NCBI RefSeq assembly: GCF_000372725.1
Contig: NW_005201792.1
Span: 41,452 to 105,451, forward strand
DNA: 64,000 nt
DNA from: Emiliania huxleyi CCMP1516
Taxonomy: Eukaryota
Direction of reading: 5' to 3'
A program made the position numbers and the translations under genes. This document shows, one piece after another, positions 1 through 12,182 of the stretch; positions within the stretch are counted from its first letter, which is position 1, and every line of letters starts with the position of its first letter. The notes beneath the pieces are model-generated. The model had not been told where the DNA came from. It did not search any database and saw nothing but the letters and a program-made list of their open reading frames with translations.

Positions 1-9
1 TCCGAGTCA

Positions 10-654
10 TTGCCATTTCCAAAGTCAGCGTCGCCTCACTTGGCGTCTAGAGGGTCGCCGTTTCCACCCTCACCGCCGCCTCCCTCGCCGCCCCCACCCT
101 CGCCGCCCCCACCCTCGCCTCCACCGTTTCCCCCACCGCTACCCCCTCTAAATCCTGGCGAGTCTCTTTCTGGCAGCATTTCCTTCCAACTTGACCTCGG
201 CGCTCGCTCCCGCTTACGACACGCTCGATCGCTATCAGGCACGCTCGATCTTCCACAGGTTGAACGTGCCATCATTGAGGCCCTTTCGGTGCAGGGCTTT
301 GCCTACTCGCCTACTCAATTTCTAGCTCTTCATGACAATGGCGATGGCCACACGGTGACGATTACCGTCAAGCTAGATGCTATCGATACAGAAGCGGTCA
401 GGGCGGCGATGATTCCAGCTTTTGCCGCGTCCGGCGTGACCGTTGCCCGGACGGATATCGTTGCTCTGGTTGACAATCACGACGGCACGGCGAGTGCGAG
501 CGTGATAGAGAGCGCGGGAGCTTCAGCAGAAGCAATCACAGCCGCGGCTTCTCTCGACTCCTTCTTGGCCTCATTGACCTCCGCTTTGAAAGTGGACGTC
601 ACCTTTGCATCGCCACCCGAGACGGCGAGAATATTCGTACTGCCTTCACGCTGA
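10..654 (+). CDS. Partial Pro/Ser-rich (SPPPP) extracellular glycoprotein-like exon
   Basis: Open frame with (SPPPP)n followed by two similar motifs (ALHDNGDG / ALVDNHDG). No proper ATG, so probably continues from left of the window. Confidence 0.35.
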   Translation: MPFPKSASPHLASRGSPFPPSPPPPSPPPPSPPPPSPPPFPPPLPPLNPGESLSGSISFQLDLGARSRLRHARSLSGTLDLPQVERAIIEALSVQGFAYSPTQFLALHDNGDGHTVTITVKLDAIDTEAVRAAMIPAFAASGVTVARTDIVALVDNHDGTASASVIESAGASAEAITAAASLDSFLASLTSALKVDVTFASPPETARIFVLPSR

Positions 655-1029
655 TGTTTTGTGAAGGTTTCTCGTTGTATTGTTTTAGGAGTCAAGGTAG
701 TAAGGTAAGGTAAACACGTCTCCACACACACAAAGTGGTGGGGCAAGGGGGGGCGACCCTCGCATCTCCACACCCGGACACGGGCAAAAGCCCCACGGCA
801 TTCAAAGTGCAAGCACCGGCCCGGTGCCCTCCCTCCCAGACACAGGACCCGCACACAACCCTCACAGCGTGGACGTCTACGTGTTCAGAAACACCACGCA
901 GCGAGGCGAGGATGAAGGGGTAAGGGGCTGTATGTGGGGCAGAATCGTCATCTGACTACTCCATCTAGCCTGGGGGGTCGCAGGAAGGGGGGGGGGGGGG
1001 GAGAAGGGGTAAGGTATGGGTGAGGCCAG

Positions 1030-1874
1030 CTAGTCGGACACCCTCCCGTCGTCGGAATACTCCTCGGAGCGGTCGGCGTCCTCGTCGTCGTTCTCGCCCG
1101 ACGCGGAGGTCGGGCGAGAGGTCTGCATCGCCTCGCCAGCCTTGAACCTGAACACGGCGTCGGCCGGCGCCGAGGGGCCGGCGGCCATCATCAGGTGCAT
1201 GACCATTTGGTCGCGGCATGCCGCATCAATCTTGCCGCGCCCGGCCAGCTCGTTCGCGAGCGACCGTCGTCGCCACGGTCCGTCTTACACCTTGCTGGGG
1301 CCGCGTCGATACCCGTCGTCCCTCTCCGGGGGCAGGAAGTATTCGACCCCGATTTTGGACCCGGCCTGGCTGCGCGTCTGCGCGGCTGCAGTCCGCAGCC
1401 CGGCCACCACGTACTGGATGTTCTCGCGCAGCTGCGCGCGCGGGCGCTCCGCGCGCTCGGCCTCGCTCGCGGCCTCCTTCGCCCGGCGCTCCTTCTGCCG
1501 GGTCTTCTTATCCTTGCGTGCCGCGGCCTTTGCCGCGAGCTGTGCTCCTTGGTGAGCTCCTTCTTCTTCGGCGCGGTGCGCTCGACGTACGAGCGCTCCG
1601 CCGCCTGCACCGACTCGCGGTCGCCCCCGCGGCCTTCTCGTGCTTCAAGTCGACCTCGATGGTCGCGTAGCCAGGCCTTATCACCCTGACCTGCGACGCA
1701 CCTGCGACCCTTGCGATCATCACCGCGTCCTCCAGTTGCGCGCGCGATCGGAGCTATTCCAGCGTCTGCTGCGCATCCCTGGCAGCACGACGGTCGGTGG
1801 CCGGCGCTTGCGCACCAGCCCCGTCCGCCACCGGTTCCGCGGCCGCGGTCCCTGTCATAGCTACGCGCGCCATG
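1030..1874 (-). pseudogene. Degraded ORF of unknown function
   Basis: Coding-like stretches (AAKAAARKDKKTRQKERRAKE..., MVMHLMMAAGPSAPADAVFRFK) are split across frames with an internal stop. Confidence 0.3.
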
Positions 1875-2180
1875 GATCGGCGACTCCGAAAGACCAACTA
1901 CGAGAGTCAGTGCACACAAACCTCAACCGCTCGAAAACCACAACCACGAGAGAGGACAAGAGGACAAGTGACAAGTCAAGATGTGCACAACTCTAGCCGA
2001 TACGTTCTCGAGAAGTTCACTAGTCACTAGGACACTTTATGATTCACACTACACACTTCTGTATAAAGCCGTTATGGAACGAGATTCTCTATGGCGTATG
2101 GGACCTCCGGCCCACACGTGCCCCGCGCGCCGGGGAGATCTTCATTCTTGTGTTTTGTTCTCTCACTTATCTCTGTATTA

Positions 2181-2777
2181 CTGGGCTGGGTTTTTAGGCA
2201 TTGTGGGGTTGGCACTCCCATCGACCCTCATGACCTCCTGCGGTCTCTGAGATGGACACCAGTAGGTGTGGGACCATAGCCAGGGTACACTCGAAGGCTG
2301 GGTAAGCAGTAGAGGTCGATACTCGACGCGTCCCACATGGTCTGTGTCGCTGTCGGCACGCTGTCGACAGGACGTCGAGCGACACCGGTGGCAGTGCCAC
2401 CCAGGAGTGGTCGGGCGGTCTCCCGTCATGAGAGAGCCACCATGTGATCCGTATGATGATTCCTGACAACCGCCTCAGTCAACTTTCATCACAGTTCCCG
2501 CTCTGAGAGGAGCTGCGGGTCAGTTCGACAGCTGGAGCTGCGTCGCCGGCGTGCAGCGGCCTGCCTCCGGAGGTGCCTCTGAGGTGGACATTTTTTGGTC
2601 ACCGCGAGAGAACGCGTTCGAATTTTTACTCCGGAACTTCAACTCTGCACGCGCACCGGCCAGGGCTACAATAGTGCCAGTGAGGCGGAGGCGCGAGTCG
2701 GAAGGCCGCGACCGTCAAGTGTTCCCCCAATTTTCCTACCTACCCCGGTGGGTACAATCGCTGTGAACCCAGCCACG
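2181..2777. mobile_element. ~600-bp TA-flanked MITE, copy 1 (Tc1/mariner-like target)
   Basis: Near-identical to 33225-33796. Homology stops at TA on both sides in both copies. Imperfect TIR CTGGGCTGGGTT / AACCCAGCCACG. Confidence 0.8.
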
Positions 2778-3027
2778 TAATCTAGATAACCTTTTATTAC
2801 AATTTAGATACGGGGGCCCCCGGGAATGAAGCGCGTTTCAGGGCGCGCCTCTATTTTTATGCCACAAGAAACTTGTGCGAAAGACGAATTGCTCTCTGGC
2901 ACTCTGGGGGGTGCACCCCTGCCCGTGCCGCCCCACGTTCTCACCACCTCATCCCCGCATCTTCGATCTTGGCCGCACAGCCCTCCCACCCCTCACCCCC
3001 CACACCACCGCCCCAGCCCCACCCGCC

Positions 3028-4137
3028 TCACTGCGTGCGCGGCCCGTCGTTGCTGCCACCGATCGGGCCGTGGTTGATGATGGGTGTGCCGTTGGCCGAG
3101 CGCTGGATGCCGTCTGCCTCGTCGATCCGCTTCTGCCACAGTGGCCGGTTGTCCTCCACCTCCTCGACCGCCCCCTCCGCCGCCGCCTGCTCCGCCTCCT
3201 GCTCGGCCCACTTTGGGTCCACCTCCACCGCCTCTGCCGCCAGCCGCGCGAGCTCGGCACGCATCGCCTCGGCATCGACGCGGCAATAGACCCGCCGGCC
3301 GCCTCCGGGAGCGCGCGCGACGCGGATCTCGCTGCCGACGTGCGCGCAGTTCCACCGGTTCGGCGGGAGGGCCTCCTCGGCGCCGTCGCGCTGCGTGTAA
3401 ATCTCGACAATCCTCAGCCCGCCCAGCGGGTCGGCGTCGACGTGGAAGCCGCCCTTGACCGTCGTGGAGAAGGCGCGCCCCACCCTGCTGTCGGCCACGA
3501 CCTCGCACGTCTCCATGAAAGTTGCCGGCTTGCCGGTGAGGACGTCCATCGGGTCCGGCTTGGAGAAGGTCTGGAAGTGGCCACAGAGCGACAGGTGCGG
3601 CGCCGAGGCGCCCGCCGTCACCCCCTCCCTCATCGCGGCGTCAGCCTCGGGCGCAAGCAGCAGCTTCCAGCAGCCAATCAGCTGCTCGCGCACCGCCGCC
3701 GGCCCGAGCAGCTCGGCCGCCGAGCCAGCCTGAGGAGGGGAGACGGGGCGCGCACGGGGTGGAGCGGACGGGCGCGGCGCGGGACGGACGGCGGCACTCG
3801 CCCGCTCAGGGATCTCCAGGCATGTGCGGCTGTGCGGTGTGAGTGGGGCTCTCCGCGCGCGCGCCTCCATGCGCTCGAGCTCCTCCTCCAGCGCAACTTT
3901 GGCCTCGGGCTGGTCGATGGACTCCCAGCTCGCGAGGTCAGCCGCGAACAGGTGCTCCCACCGCACGCGGGGCGGCTCGGCCGGCGCCTCCACCTCCTCG
4001 GCAGTGACTGCGACCGCCTCCTCGGCCGGCTCTGCCACCACAGCCTCCGCAGCGCACAGCCGTACGGTGGCGCGAGGCGAGGCCAGCGGAGGGCGTCCAA
4101 TCAGGAGAGAGGCGGACGAGAGAACGAGAGCGAGCAT
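3028..4137 (-). CDS. Plastid-targeted PAP/fibrillin-like protein
   Basis: Signal/transit-like start MLALVLSSASLL..RLCAAE. LIGCWKLLL...HVGSEIRVARAPGGGRRVY matches the fibrillin barrel pattern. Possible in-frame intron near 3730-3795. Confidence 0.6.
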   Translation of the reverse strand: MLALVLSSASLLIGRPPLASPRATVRLCAAEAVVAEPAEEAVAVTAEEVEAPAEPPRVRWEHLFAADLASWESIDQPEAKVALEEELERMEARARRAPLTPHSRTCLEIPERASAAVRPAPRPSAPPRARPVSPPQAGSAAELLGPAAVREQLIGCWKLLLAPEADAAMREGVTAGASAPHLSLCGHFQTFSKPDPMDVLTGKPATFMETCEVVADSRVGRAFSTTVKGGFHVDADPLGGLRIVEIYTQRDGAEEALPPNRWNCAHVGSEIRVARAPGGGRRVYCRVDAEAMRAELARLAAEAVEVDPKWAEQEAEQAAAEGAVEEVEDNRPLWQKRIDEADGIQRSANGTPIINHGPIGGSNDGPRTQ

Positions 4138-4726
4138 GTACACACACGTGCTTGCGGGAGCTTGTGCGGGCTGCAGATCGACATTCTCGATTTTCTTTTT
4201 TGTTGGATTACTACCGCGGACCCGCCTTGCGAGTTGCAGACCCGGAGGAGGCCGACCCAGCTCACCCCCAGAGAGGCCATGCCCAGGGTCAACCATGAGA
4301 GGGGGGGCCGTTTCCGTCCGTCCAGTTCTGGCCAACCGTAACCACTATGTGGTGTGATTTCGAGGATAATTCGGCGTCGCGAGCTCGCGACGCCCCGTTT
4401 TCGGGCTCCGGGGGCGCGGGGTGGGCACCGTAGGCGGCGGGCGGACGGGCGGGCCGGGCGGCGAACTGGGCCGGCCGTGGGGCGCGAAAACCATGCAAAA
4501 CGCGTATTTGGTGCGAGCAAAAAAGTTCGCCGTTTTTCTCCGCCGTCTCAGATCTGCGCCGTTATACACCGCAGCGCCGCCGGCGCAGATGTGCGCGCCG
4601 CCGGCGCAGATTTGGGGCCCCACACGCTCAACCCAGACGCTCATGAGTCTCTCGCGCTGGCCGATCTGCAGCGCCTCTGCGCGGCAAAAAGCCATCCGAC
4701 CAACCCAACCACGCGGGCACCCCTCC

Positions 4727-5092
4727 TGAGGTGCGAGCCATGATGCTCAACCCAGCGTGCACCAAGTCGCTCACATTCCGTGAGTTCGTCAACGGGCCGA
4801 ACGTCTCCAATTCGACTGCGATATCGAACTCCGACAACTGGACCGGTGCACCAGCCGCGGAGGACTTTGGCTCCCTCGATGGCATCCCTTCATCGACGGA
4901 CGCCTTCACCGCCGCCGGCCCTGGGTCATTCATCGCGGCCTCCGACTGGCTGCCGCAGCTCGCACCCTAATCTATCTGCCTTAGGCACGGAGCCAACGGA
5001 GCCATCGCGCACGCCCGCATCGTGTGCGGCTCCGAGGTCTCCCGCCGAGACCGGCTCGGCGCGGCTTTGACTGACGTGAGTCGTGACTGACT
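4727..5092 (+). repeat. Diverged, internally deleted copy of 18940-19603 (inverted)
   Basis: Shared peptide MML(N/D)PACTKSLTFREFVNGPN...SNSDNWTGAP and shared downstream GCTTTGACTGACGTGA. Confidence 0.8.
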
Positions 5093-5129
5093 GATGAGTG
5101 CTTGCGATGGATGATCTTATTCTAGGCCA

Positions 5130-5252
5130 CCCCGAGACCGACCCAAGACTGACCCGAGACCCGAGATCGACCCGAGATCGACCCGAGATCGACCCGAGAT
5201 CGACCCGAGATTGACCGATCGACCTGATATCGACCCGAGATCGACCCGAGAT
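5130..5252 (+). repeat. 11-bp minisatellite (GAGATCGACCC)n
   Basis: Direct tandem repeats visible. Confidence 0.9.
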
Positions 5253-6103
5253 TGGACACGAGCGATCCACCCAACAATCTATGCCCCAAAAGCCCCCTGC
5301 GGGGGGAACCCCCTCACCCCGAGTGTCCGTGTCCTTCGTGAGTCACCGATGGGGAGCGGGGGGGGGGGTGCGAGATGCACAGGGGAGGCTGGGGAGGGGG
5401 GGGGTCATGGGGGGGGTCCACTCTGAAGACTGCCGACCGCGGGGGGGTTTCTCCCACAGGGTTTTCACCCTCCGCGTGAGGATCGGCGCGGCGAGGGGGT
5501 AGGTTCGAATTCGCCGCGCAACATTTCACCCCCACAGGACCTCGCCCACCCCCCCTCATGGTCCCACCTAGCACCCAAACGAGCCTTCGCACCCTCTCCT
5601 TGCGTGGTGTCCCCCGCAGGCCCGCTATGTGTCGCCGTCTTCGGGGCACGCTATCCTGTGCAGTCAGGGCAAGTGGGGGCGGGGGGCAGTCCCTTTGACG
5701 TATGTATCTCTGGGTTCTGTCTCTAGTCTCGGAGGGGGGCTTGAAGCTAAGAATATTTTATTTTATTTTTTTGGGACGTGGCTGCACCCGTGCAGTAAGC
5801 TTGCCGTCGAACTGCGGCTGGCGCCCGCGACGATGCTTCGCCCAGGCCGGGCACGATGGTGCCGCGACGAGCGGCGTCGAGGCGACGGCCATCGATGGGT
5901 CCAGAAGACTTGGAGACACTTCTCGACCAAAAAATCAAAAAAATCGAGCACAATTGCGTTACATGGGCATGGCCGGGGTTTCTGCACCGAACGATCTTAC
6001 TTTCGGTCTATCGAAAGTGTTCATCGATAATTTTCTTTCAGTGGGGCATGCAGGATAATTTTCTTTCAGTGGGGCATCGCAGGCAACGATTACGCCTCTA
6101 GCC

Positions 6104-9100
6104 GTGCTGGGTGGCAGCGGCCACGAAGCCGCCGCCGAGCCCGCATACGACCACGTCGACGGCGAGGCGGAGGCGGACAGAGACGAGCCCACATCGCCAC
6201 GGTCGCCGCGGAAGCGACGCGCCAACGCAGGCCAGAAGCGAGCTAGCTCTTTCTCATTCTCCGACGACTCGCCTACGTCCTCACGCCCCTCCTCGCGTGG
6301 CGCAAAGGCCGGCCGAGCGCGGGGCGGACAGGTGAAGCCAGAGCAGAAGCGGCGGCGGTGTGTGGGGTCCGCCGACCAGTTCGCCTATGGGTGGCAGCCA
6401 CCGCCGCGTCGGGAGCGGGGTTCTCGCTCCCTCGGCGAGCTGGTGGAGGCGGAAGACGCGGCCGCCTTCGCCCTCATATCCGACGCCCCCTCCCCCGCTG
6501 CCGCCGCCGGCGGCGGCGGCTATGCCGAAGGCGGGGCGGCACCGCACGGGCGGCCGGCGGCGGAGAAGTCGGAGCTCGACCTCAAGGCGGACGCCGAGGC
6601 GCGCGCTGCCGCCGACTCGCTCCGCGAGGAGGCCGTCGAGGAGCTCGACCTCGAGTGGGACGAGTCGCGCCGCGCGATGCTCAAGATTCTGCAGGAGATG
6701 TGCTCGCCTCGCCACCTCTCCTTCTCGCGGCCGTTCCTGTCGCCGAGCGAGGCTGCGGCGGCCTCGCCGCCGCTGCTCACGCTGCTGCACGTGCGCGACC
6801 GCTTGCTCGCCGGCGAGCTCGGCGACATCTTCGCCTTTGCGTGCGCGGTCCGGCACGTCTTTGCCTCGTGCTACCTCGCGCACGGAAGCCCTCTCAACGG
6901 GGGCGCTGTCGCGAGAAAGTGCGAGCGGCTCGACCTCGTCTTCGAGCAGGCGAACCTCGGCGAACCTCGGCGAACCTCGTCGTCGAACCTCGGCGAACCT
7001 CCGAACCTCGTCGAACCTCGGCGAACCTCGGCGAACCTCGGCGAACCTCGGCGAACCTCGGCGAACCTCGGCGGTTGAGCCTCTCTCCTCGAGCAGGTCG
7101 TGCTGACGCTGCCAAGGCAGGTTCGCGCCCGCGCCTCCGCCGTCGACGCGGACTGCATCGTGCTCGGGCTGCCGCCGCCTGCGCACTCGGACGGAGGCGG
7201 CGGCGACGAGGACGGCTGCGATGCGGAGGGGAGACGCCGCTCCTCGCGCGCTCGCATCGAGACGCAGCCGCCGAACACCCTCGCGCTTGTCGAGGCGGAA
7301 AAGGCGCGGGAGTCGCCGGGAGCCGGGAGTCGCCAAGGTTTGACCAAGAGTCGCTGAGATGGTTGCACTTGGCGCAAGGCGCGGCAGCGCGCGGCGGCCG
7401 ACGCGGAGCGGCGCGCGGTGCGCGAGCGGCAGCGCGCGCTGGCGGAGAGTTGGGTCGCATCGCTCGACGCGGCGGCGATCAGCGAGGCCCGTCTTCACCG
7501 GGGCGACACGTCCAGGACACGTCCAGTGTCTGTCCGTGACCCGTCCAGCACCCGTCCCTACAGGTGCGCTCGTCCGCCGATTGCGTCGCCGCCGGCCAGT
7601 TCCTTGCCTCGTTTGGCGACCACCTCGGCTTGCCGCCCTTCTGTTTGCCTGAGCTCGAGGTGCGCGAGATTCGCCGAGATTCGCCCGAGTTTCGCACGAG
7701 ATTCGCACGAGATTCGCACGAGATCGAGGCTGGTCTCGTTCCCCCCTCGGACTGGTCTCGCCCGCCGCGTCGCGTCCATTCATTCGTCGAGAGCAATGTT
7801 CGCCCCTGCAGGTCGGCCTCGCATGCCTGCCGCGCGTCTCTGCGTACCTGCTGCACGCGTGTGCCGCCCTCCTCCGCCTAGCGCGGCTGCCGCTCTCGCA
7901 CAGCGTCGACGGCGAGATCGAGCCGAGATCGAGCCGAGATCGAGCCGAGATCGAGTTGATCTCGAGAGAGGGCGCAGGTTGACCTACCCACTTGGCGGCG
8001 CGTTCCCCAGGCTCGCGCGCGGCGTCGGTCGAGGAGGTGCTGGCGGGCGCACTCTGCTACTGGGACGGGCAGATGGCACTCGCACGGCGACTCGACGAGT
8101 CGGACGAGGCCATCCCGGAGCAGCTCGAGCCGTACCTCGAGGGGGGGGAGCTGCAGGCGAGATCCGCCGAGAGCCTCCGAGATCCGCCGAGATGAGCTCG
8201 AGGATGGCTCGTGGACTCCCTGCCGACAACGAGCCCACCTCGAGCAACGAGCCAACCTCGAGCTGCAGGCCATCGTCAGCTCGCTCGGGGACGTACGCGA
8301 GGCGGCGCGGACGCTGCGGCGGCGCGAGGGGCGGCGCGGGTTGGCCGAGGCGGGAAGGCACCGTCCGTGAACCTTGTCGGTATCTGCCCCGTAGGCGCGA
8401 GGGGCAGAGCGGGCTCGCCGGTCTGCCGCCGGCGATGCGCGGCGCGCTGCTGCGGACCGCTCTCTGCCGCGCGCGGCGATGAGGTAGCCCCGAGCTTTCT
8501 CTGGAGCCTTGCTGCAGGCGCGCTGCTACACGCCCTCTGCCACGCGGCGCTGCTCGAGCAGCGCTCCATCGTCTCCGAGGCGGCGAGGCAGGAGGGCGCG
8601 AGTGCGGCGGCGCAGGGCGGGGGCCGCGCGCGCTTTCTCGGCCGCGACGCGGCGGGCGCGCACTATTTCCACTTTTCTCCTCTCGAGGAGCGCGTCTACC
8701 GGCTGGTGCCCGATCCGCGGGGCGAGGTGCGAGATCAGCCGCGATGACCGAGATCGCCCGAGATCGGCTGTGCGGGGATGCGGATCGAGAGCTGCTACGG
8801 GGAGACGGCGCGTCCAAGACACGTCCGCGGCACGCCCACGGCGCGCGGCGCAGGCGTCGGTGCTCGAGCGCGCGGCGGTCACCGAGGGGGAGCACATCGA
8901 GGTGGAGGTGGAGGAGGGAGGCGCCGTCCGCGGGGGAGGGGCCTCGTCGGACACGCGACACGTCCATGACATGTCCGAGACACGTCCACAGGCGCCGTCG
9001 AGTGGCGGAGGGCCCTCGTCTCGCGCGTGCTCTCCGGCGGCCGAGGGCGCTTCGTCGCAATCGTGTACCACGCCGACGGAAAGACGCTCGACGAAGAGTT

Positions 9101-10198
9101 TGTCGAGGCCGTGAGACATGCGCCCAGTCTCGGGCCCGGCTGGGGTCCCCTCGGGGCATCTCGGCTCGTCTCGGATAGGTGTTCAGCGAGCGCCAGTGCG
9201 GCAAGGAGTGGCGGCTGCCTCCTAAGGGGCGCGGCAAGGCGGCGGCTCAAAAGGGCGGCGCGGGCGGCGGCGCCAAGGCCAAGGCCGCCCCCCCGCCTCC
9301 AAAGCCTCCGCCCCCAGCCGGCCGACGATCGGCGCGGGGGGAGGCGGCGGCGGCGGCGGCGGCGGAGGTTGTGGCGGCGGCGGAGGCGGCGGCGGCGGAG
9401 GCAGCGGCGGCGGAGGCGGCGGCAGAGACGGCGGCGGCGGCGGCGGACGCCTCGGGCGATGGGGTGACTTTGCAGGCTCCGCCGGCTGCTTCGGCCGCCG
9501 GCCCTTCCTTCTCGCTGGTGGACGTGCCGGCGCTGCTCGCTCGGATCGGGAAGCCCCCCGAGGGGAAGGCGGGCAGAGGGCGCGGCAAGGCGGCGCCCGG
9601 GCGCGACAAGCGCGACGACGCGCTCTACCTCGCACTCGAGCCGGTCGCGGCGGCGCAGGAGGAGGCGGCGGCCGCTAGATGCCGGAGAGACACCTCGTTG
9701 GAGCACTCAGCCACCACCCGTGTCATTCCAGCCGGCGCTCGAGAGGGGGCGCACCATTCCGCCGCCAGCGGCGCTAGTGACTGTACTCGGTAGCCCCCCC
9801 TGTCCCTTCACGCGAGGTGCAGGCATGCGCCCTGCACGATCTCTGGTCTCCGCCGCCGGAAGGTCCGTGTGCTGCTGCTGTAGGCTGCGGCTGCCGCGCA
9901 GCGGTCCTGGTCGGGCGCGGCGCAGCGGCTCAAGAAGGAGGAGGAGGGAGGGGCGGACAGTGGCGCGGTCGTGCAGCTGGGGAGCGCGCGCGAGGTCGAC
10001 ACCTTCGAGAGGCGCATGGTCGCTTGGCTCGAGGGGGCGCGCGACCGGGCGGAGGCCATGGACAGCGAGGCGGCGGGCGAGTCGGCGAGCGCGGATGGCG
10101 CTGGTGTCGGCGCGAAGATCGCCGAGGCGGCGGCGACGAGGATCAGCGGCTGCGGCGGCGATGCGAGCCGAGAGAGCGAGCTCGACGCCGCGCTTTGA
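6104..10198 (+). CDS. Multi-exon bromodomain + DDT/WHIM chromatin protein, BRD10/KIAA2026-like (start uncertain)
   Basis: Bromodomain-like LLHVRDRLLAGE..FACAVRHVFASCY..KCERLDLVFEQ|VVLTLPRQVRAR; DDT-like CVAAGQFLASFGDHLGLPPFCLPELE; WHIM-like FLGRDAAGAHYFHF..EERVYR. Introns e.g. 6950-7096 and 8157-8267. Confidence 0.7.
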
Positions 10199-10454
10199 TC
10201 CGACGAGAGACACAGTGGCGCGGCGCCGCCGGCTCTGGCAGCTGGTAGGAGGGAGAGCAGAGAGAGCAGGAGGACGGGGCAGGAGGACGGGCGGGCAAGC
10301 GACGCAGCCGGCGGGGGAAGCGAAGGGCGGCTCTCGCCTCTCTCTGCGCGCCTCCACCCCCCACCTGTGGCCCGGGACGGTCTGGTGCGAAATGGAGAGC
10401 CCGTCGAAAAAAAAACCCACGCCGCAGGGAAACGAAAAGGGCAAAGAGCGCGCC

Positions 10455-10795
10455 TTACTCACCCACCACCTCGCGAGGACACCTCTCGAGCATCCGGCGC
10501 ATCGCGCTCCACGCCACGTCGCGCCGCAGCGCCTCTGCGGGCACCGGCTCGCCCTCCGCCTCGGGGTGCGCCTCTCGCCACGCCGCCTCCTTGCGCTCCA
10601 GCGCGGCCGTCAAAGTGGCTCGCATCGCCGCGGCGGGTGGCTGCGCGCCGAAGCCGATCTCGGGCCCGCGCGCGCGCTCGCCCACCTCCCCGCCCGCGGC
10701 GGGCGGCGGCTCGTCCTCCCCTCCGATGCGCCGCGCCTTCTTGCTCGTGCGGCCCGCATCGCCCACGTCCGCGTCCTCGGCCGCGTCCGCACCGC

Positions 10796-10826
<31 letters not shown>

Positions 10827-11375
10827 GTCCTGCGCCGGCATCCAGATCTCGTGCCTCCACCGGCATGCGCCGCCGCGGTGGCACTTGCCCAGCTGGTACT
10901 TTCGGCAATAGTCGTCCGGGATCGAGCCAAAGAGGTCCGCCGGCGCGGCGCCCACCGCCGGGCGCGTCTTCTGCCAGTCGGGACGGCGCGAGGCGGCCGC
11001 CGCGTCCGCAACCTTGACGTGCGCCCACTTGCACGCCGCGCCGCGCGAGCACTTGCCGCGCGCAAAGTCAAAGCACGGCCTGCCCTTGGCGGCGGCCGAG
11101 GCGGCGCCGGCGCTGCGGTCCTCGACTGCGCGCACGTTCAGTGTCCGGCCTCCCAGGTCGGACTTGTCCAGCCCGGCGATGGCGGCCTGCTGCGCGTCCG
11201 CGTCGGCAAAGCGCACAAAGGCAAAGCCGCGAGGCTTGCCCTCGGCGTCGACGGCATGCGCCGCCTCGAGCGCGTTGCCGTACGGCTTGACGAGCTTGAG
11301 CAGGTCCTCGGTGGTGGAGGTGGTCGGGAGGCCGACCACGATCACCTTGTGTAGTTCGCGGGACGAGCGGCCCAT
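10455..11375 (-). CDS. RRM + two CCCH zinc-finger RNA-binding protein
   Basis: KVIVVGLP...RGFAFVRF...LGGRTLNV (RRM); CFDFARGKCSRGAACKWAH and CRKYQLGKCHRGGACRWRH. Confidence 0.9.
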
Positions 11376-12070
11376 CGAGGTAGGTGGGTCGTGACTCGTG
11401 GCTGGCGCGCCTAAAAGAATTTTACAAGCACTCCCTCGCACGACACTGGGCACAGGACTGGGCACGGGACTGGCTCGCACTGGCACTAACACAGGTAAAA
11501 GAATTGCTGTTGCCGCGTCCTTCATATAGGGTGGATAAAGCGCCTGTTCACGGCATGGAGGGTGAGCCACACCGAACGTACCGAGCGAAGAGCCGAGCGG
11601 AAGGAGGACGGGGAAGATGACTCCGAGGAGGACGAACCAGTGCGCAGTGGAAATCCAGTTGTCAGATGTCACGATGCACCCGAAGGGGACCCCAGCGCCG
11701 GCATCATCCGTGAAGGCTCAAGTGTTCGAAGAGAGAGTGGACCTGAGCAACGATATGACTGGGTGGCAAATGATCGCAGTGGGCGTCAGAAGACTCGTCC
11801 TTGCTCGATCGAGGAGAGCTCGATAGACTCGAGGGGCCAGGATACGCCGCGAGGAGGACGGAGTTGCGCCGAAAGGCGAAAGAAGCCGCGAGAACAAGGG
11901 ACCGGCAGGCGGCGGCGTCACAGGACGAGGCAGAAGAGAACGACGCGACAGAGGAAGGGAAATGACAAGGGAGAGAACGACGAGAGTGGGACGACCGCGG
12001 GGTGGCATGAAGGTTGCAGCGAGAAGCGGCGAGAGACTGCGAAGAGAGATAGGAAGAGGCAGACTCCCTA

Positions 12071-12182
12071 GGGTGGGCGACGGCTAGCGCACCACACACC
12101 TCTCCTTAAAATCCCTGTGTGTGGTGGCGGCGTGCCGTCCTCCCATCCCTCCCTTGGGTTGTCTGTTTTCTTTCTTTCTTTC
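12071..12182 (+). repeat. Retroelement-like 3' tail family R1 ending in (TTTC)n
   Basis: TTAAAATCCCTGTGTGGTGGCGGCGTGCCGTCCTCCCATCCCTCCCTTGG, also at 26028-26118(-), 31969-32059(-), 35208-35253(-, partial), 50630-50928 (x3) and 54001-54089. Confidence 0.75.

Noticed and set aside
2875..4341. 488-aa plus-strand ORF (and similar long Arg/Ala/Pro-rich ORFs such as 9720-11354 and 41636-43279)
   Set aside because: Antisense shadows of real genes in high-GC DNA.
4200..5700. Possible TIR element around the duplicated fragment
   Set aside because: Only a weak inverted match (ACCATGAG-G-run) and no TSD.
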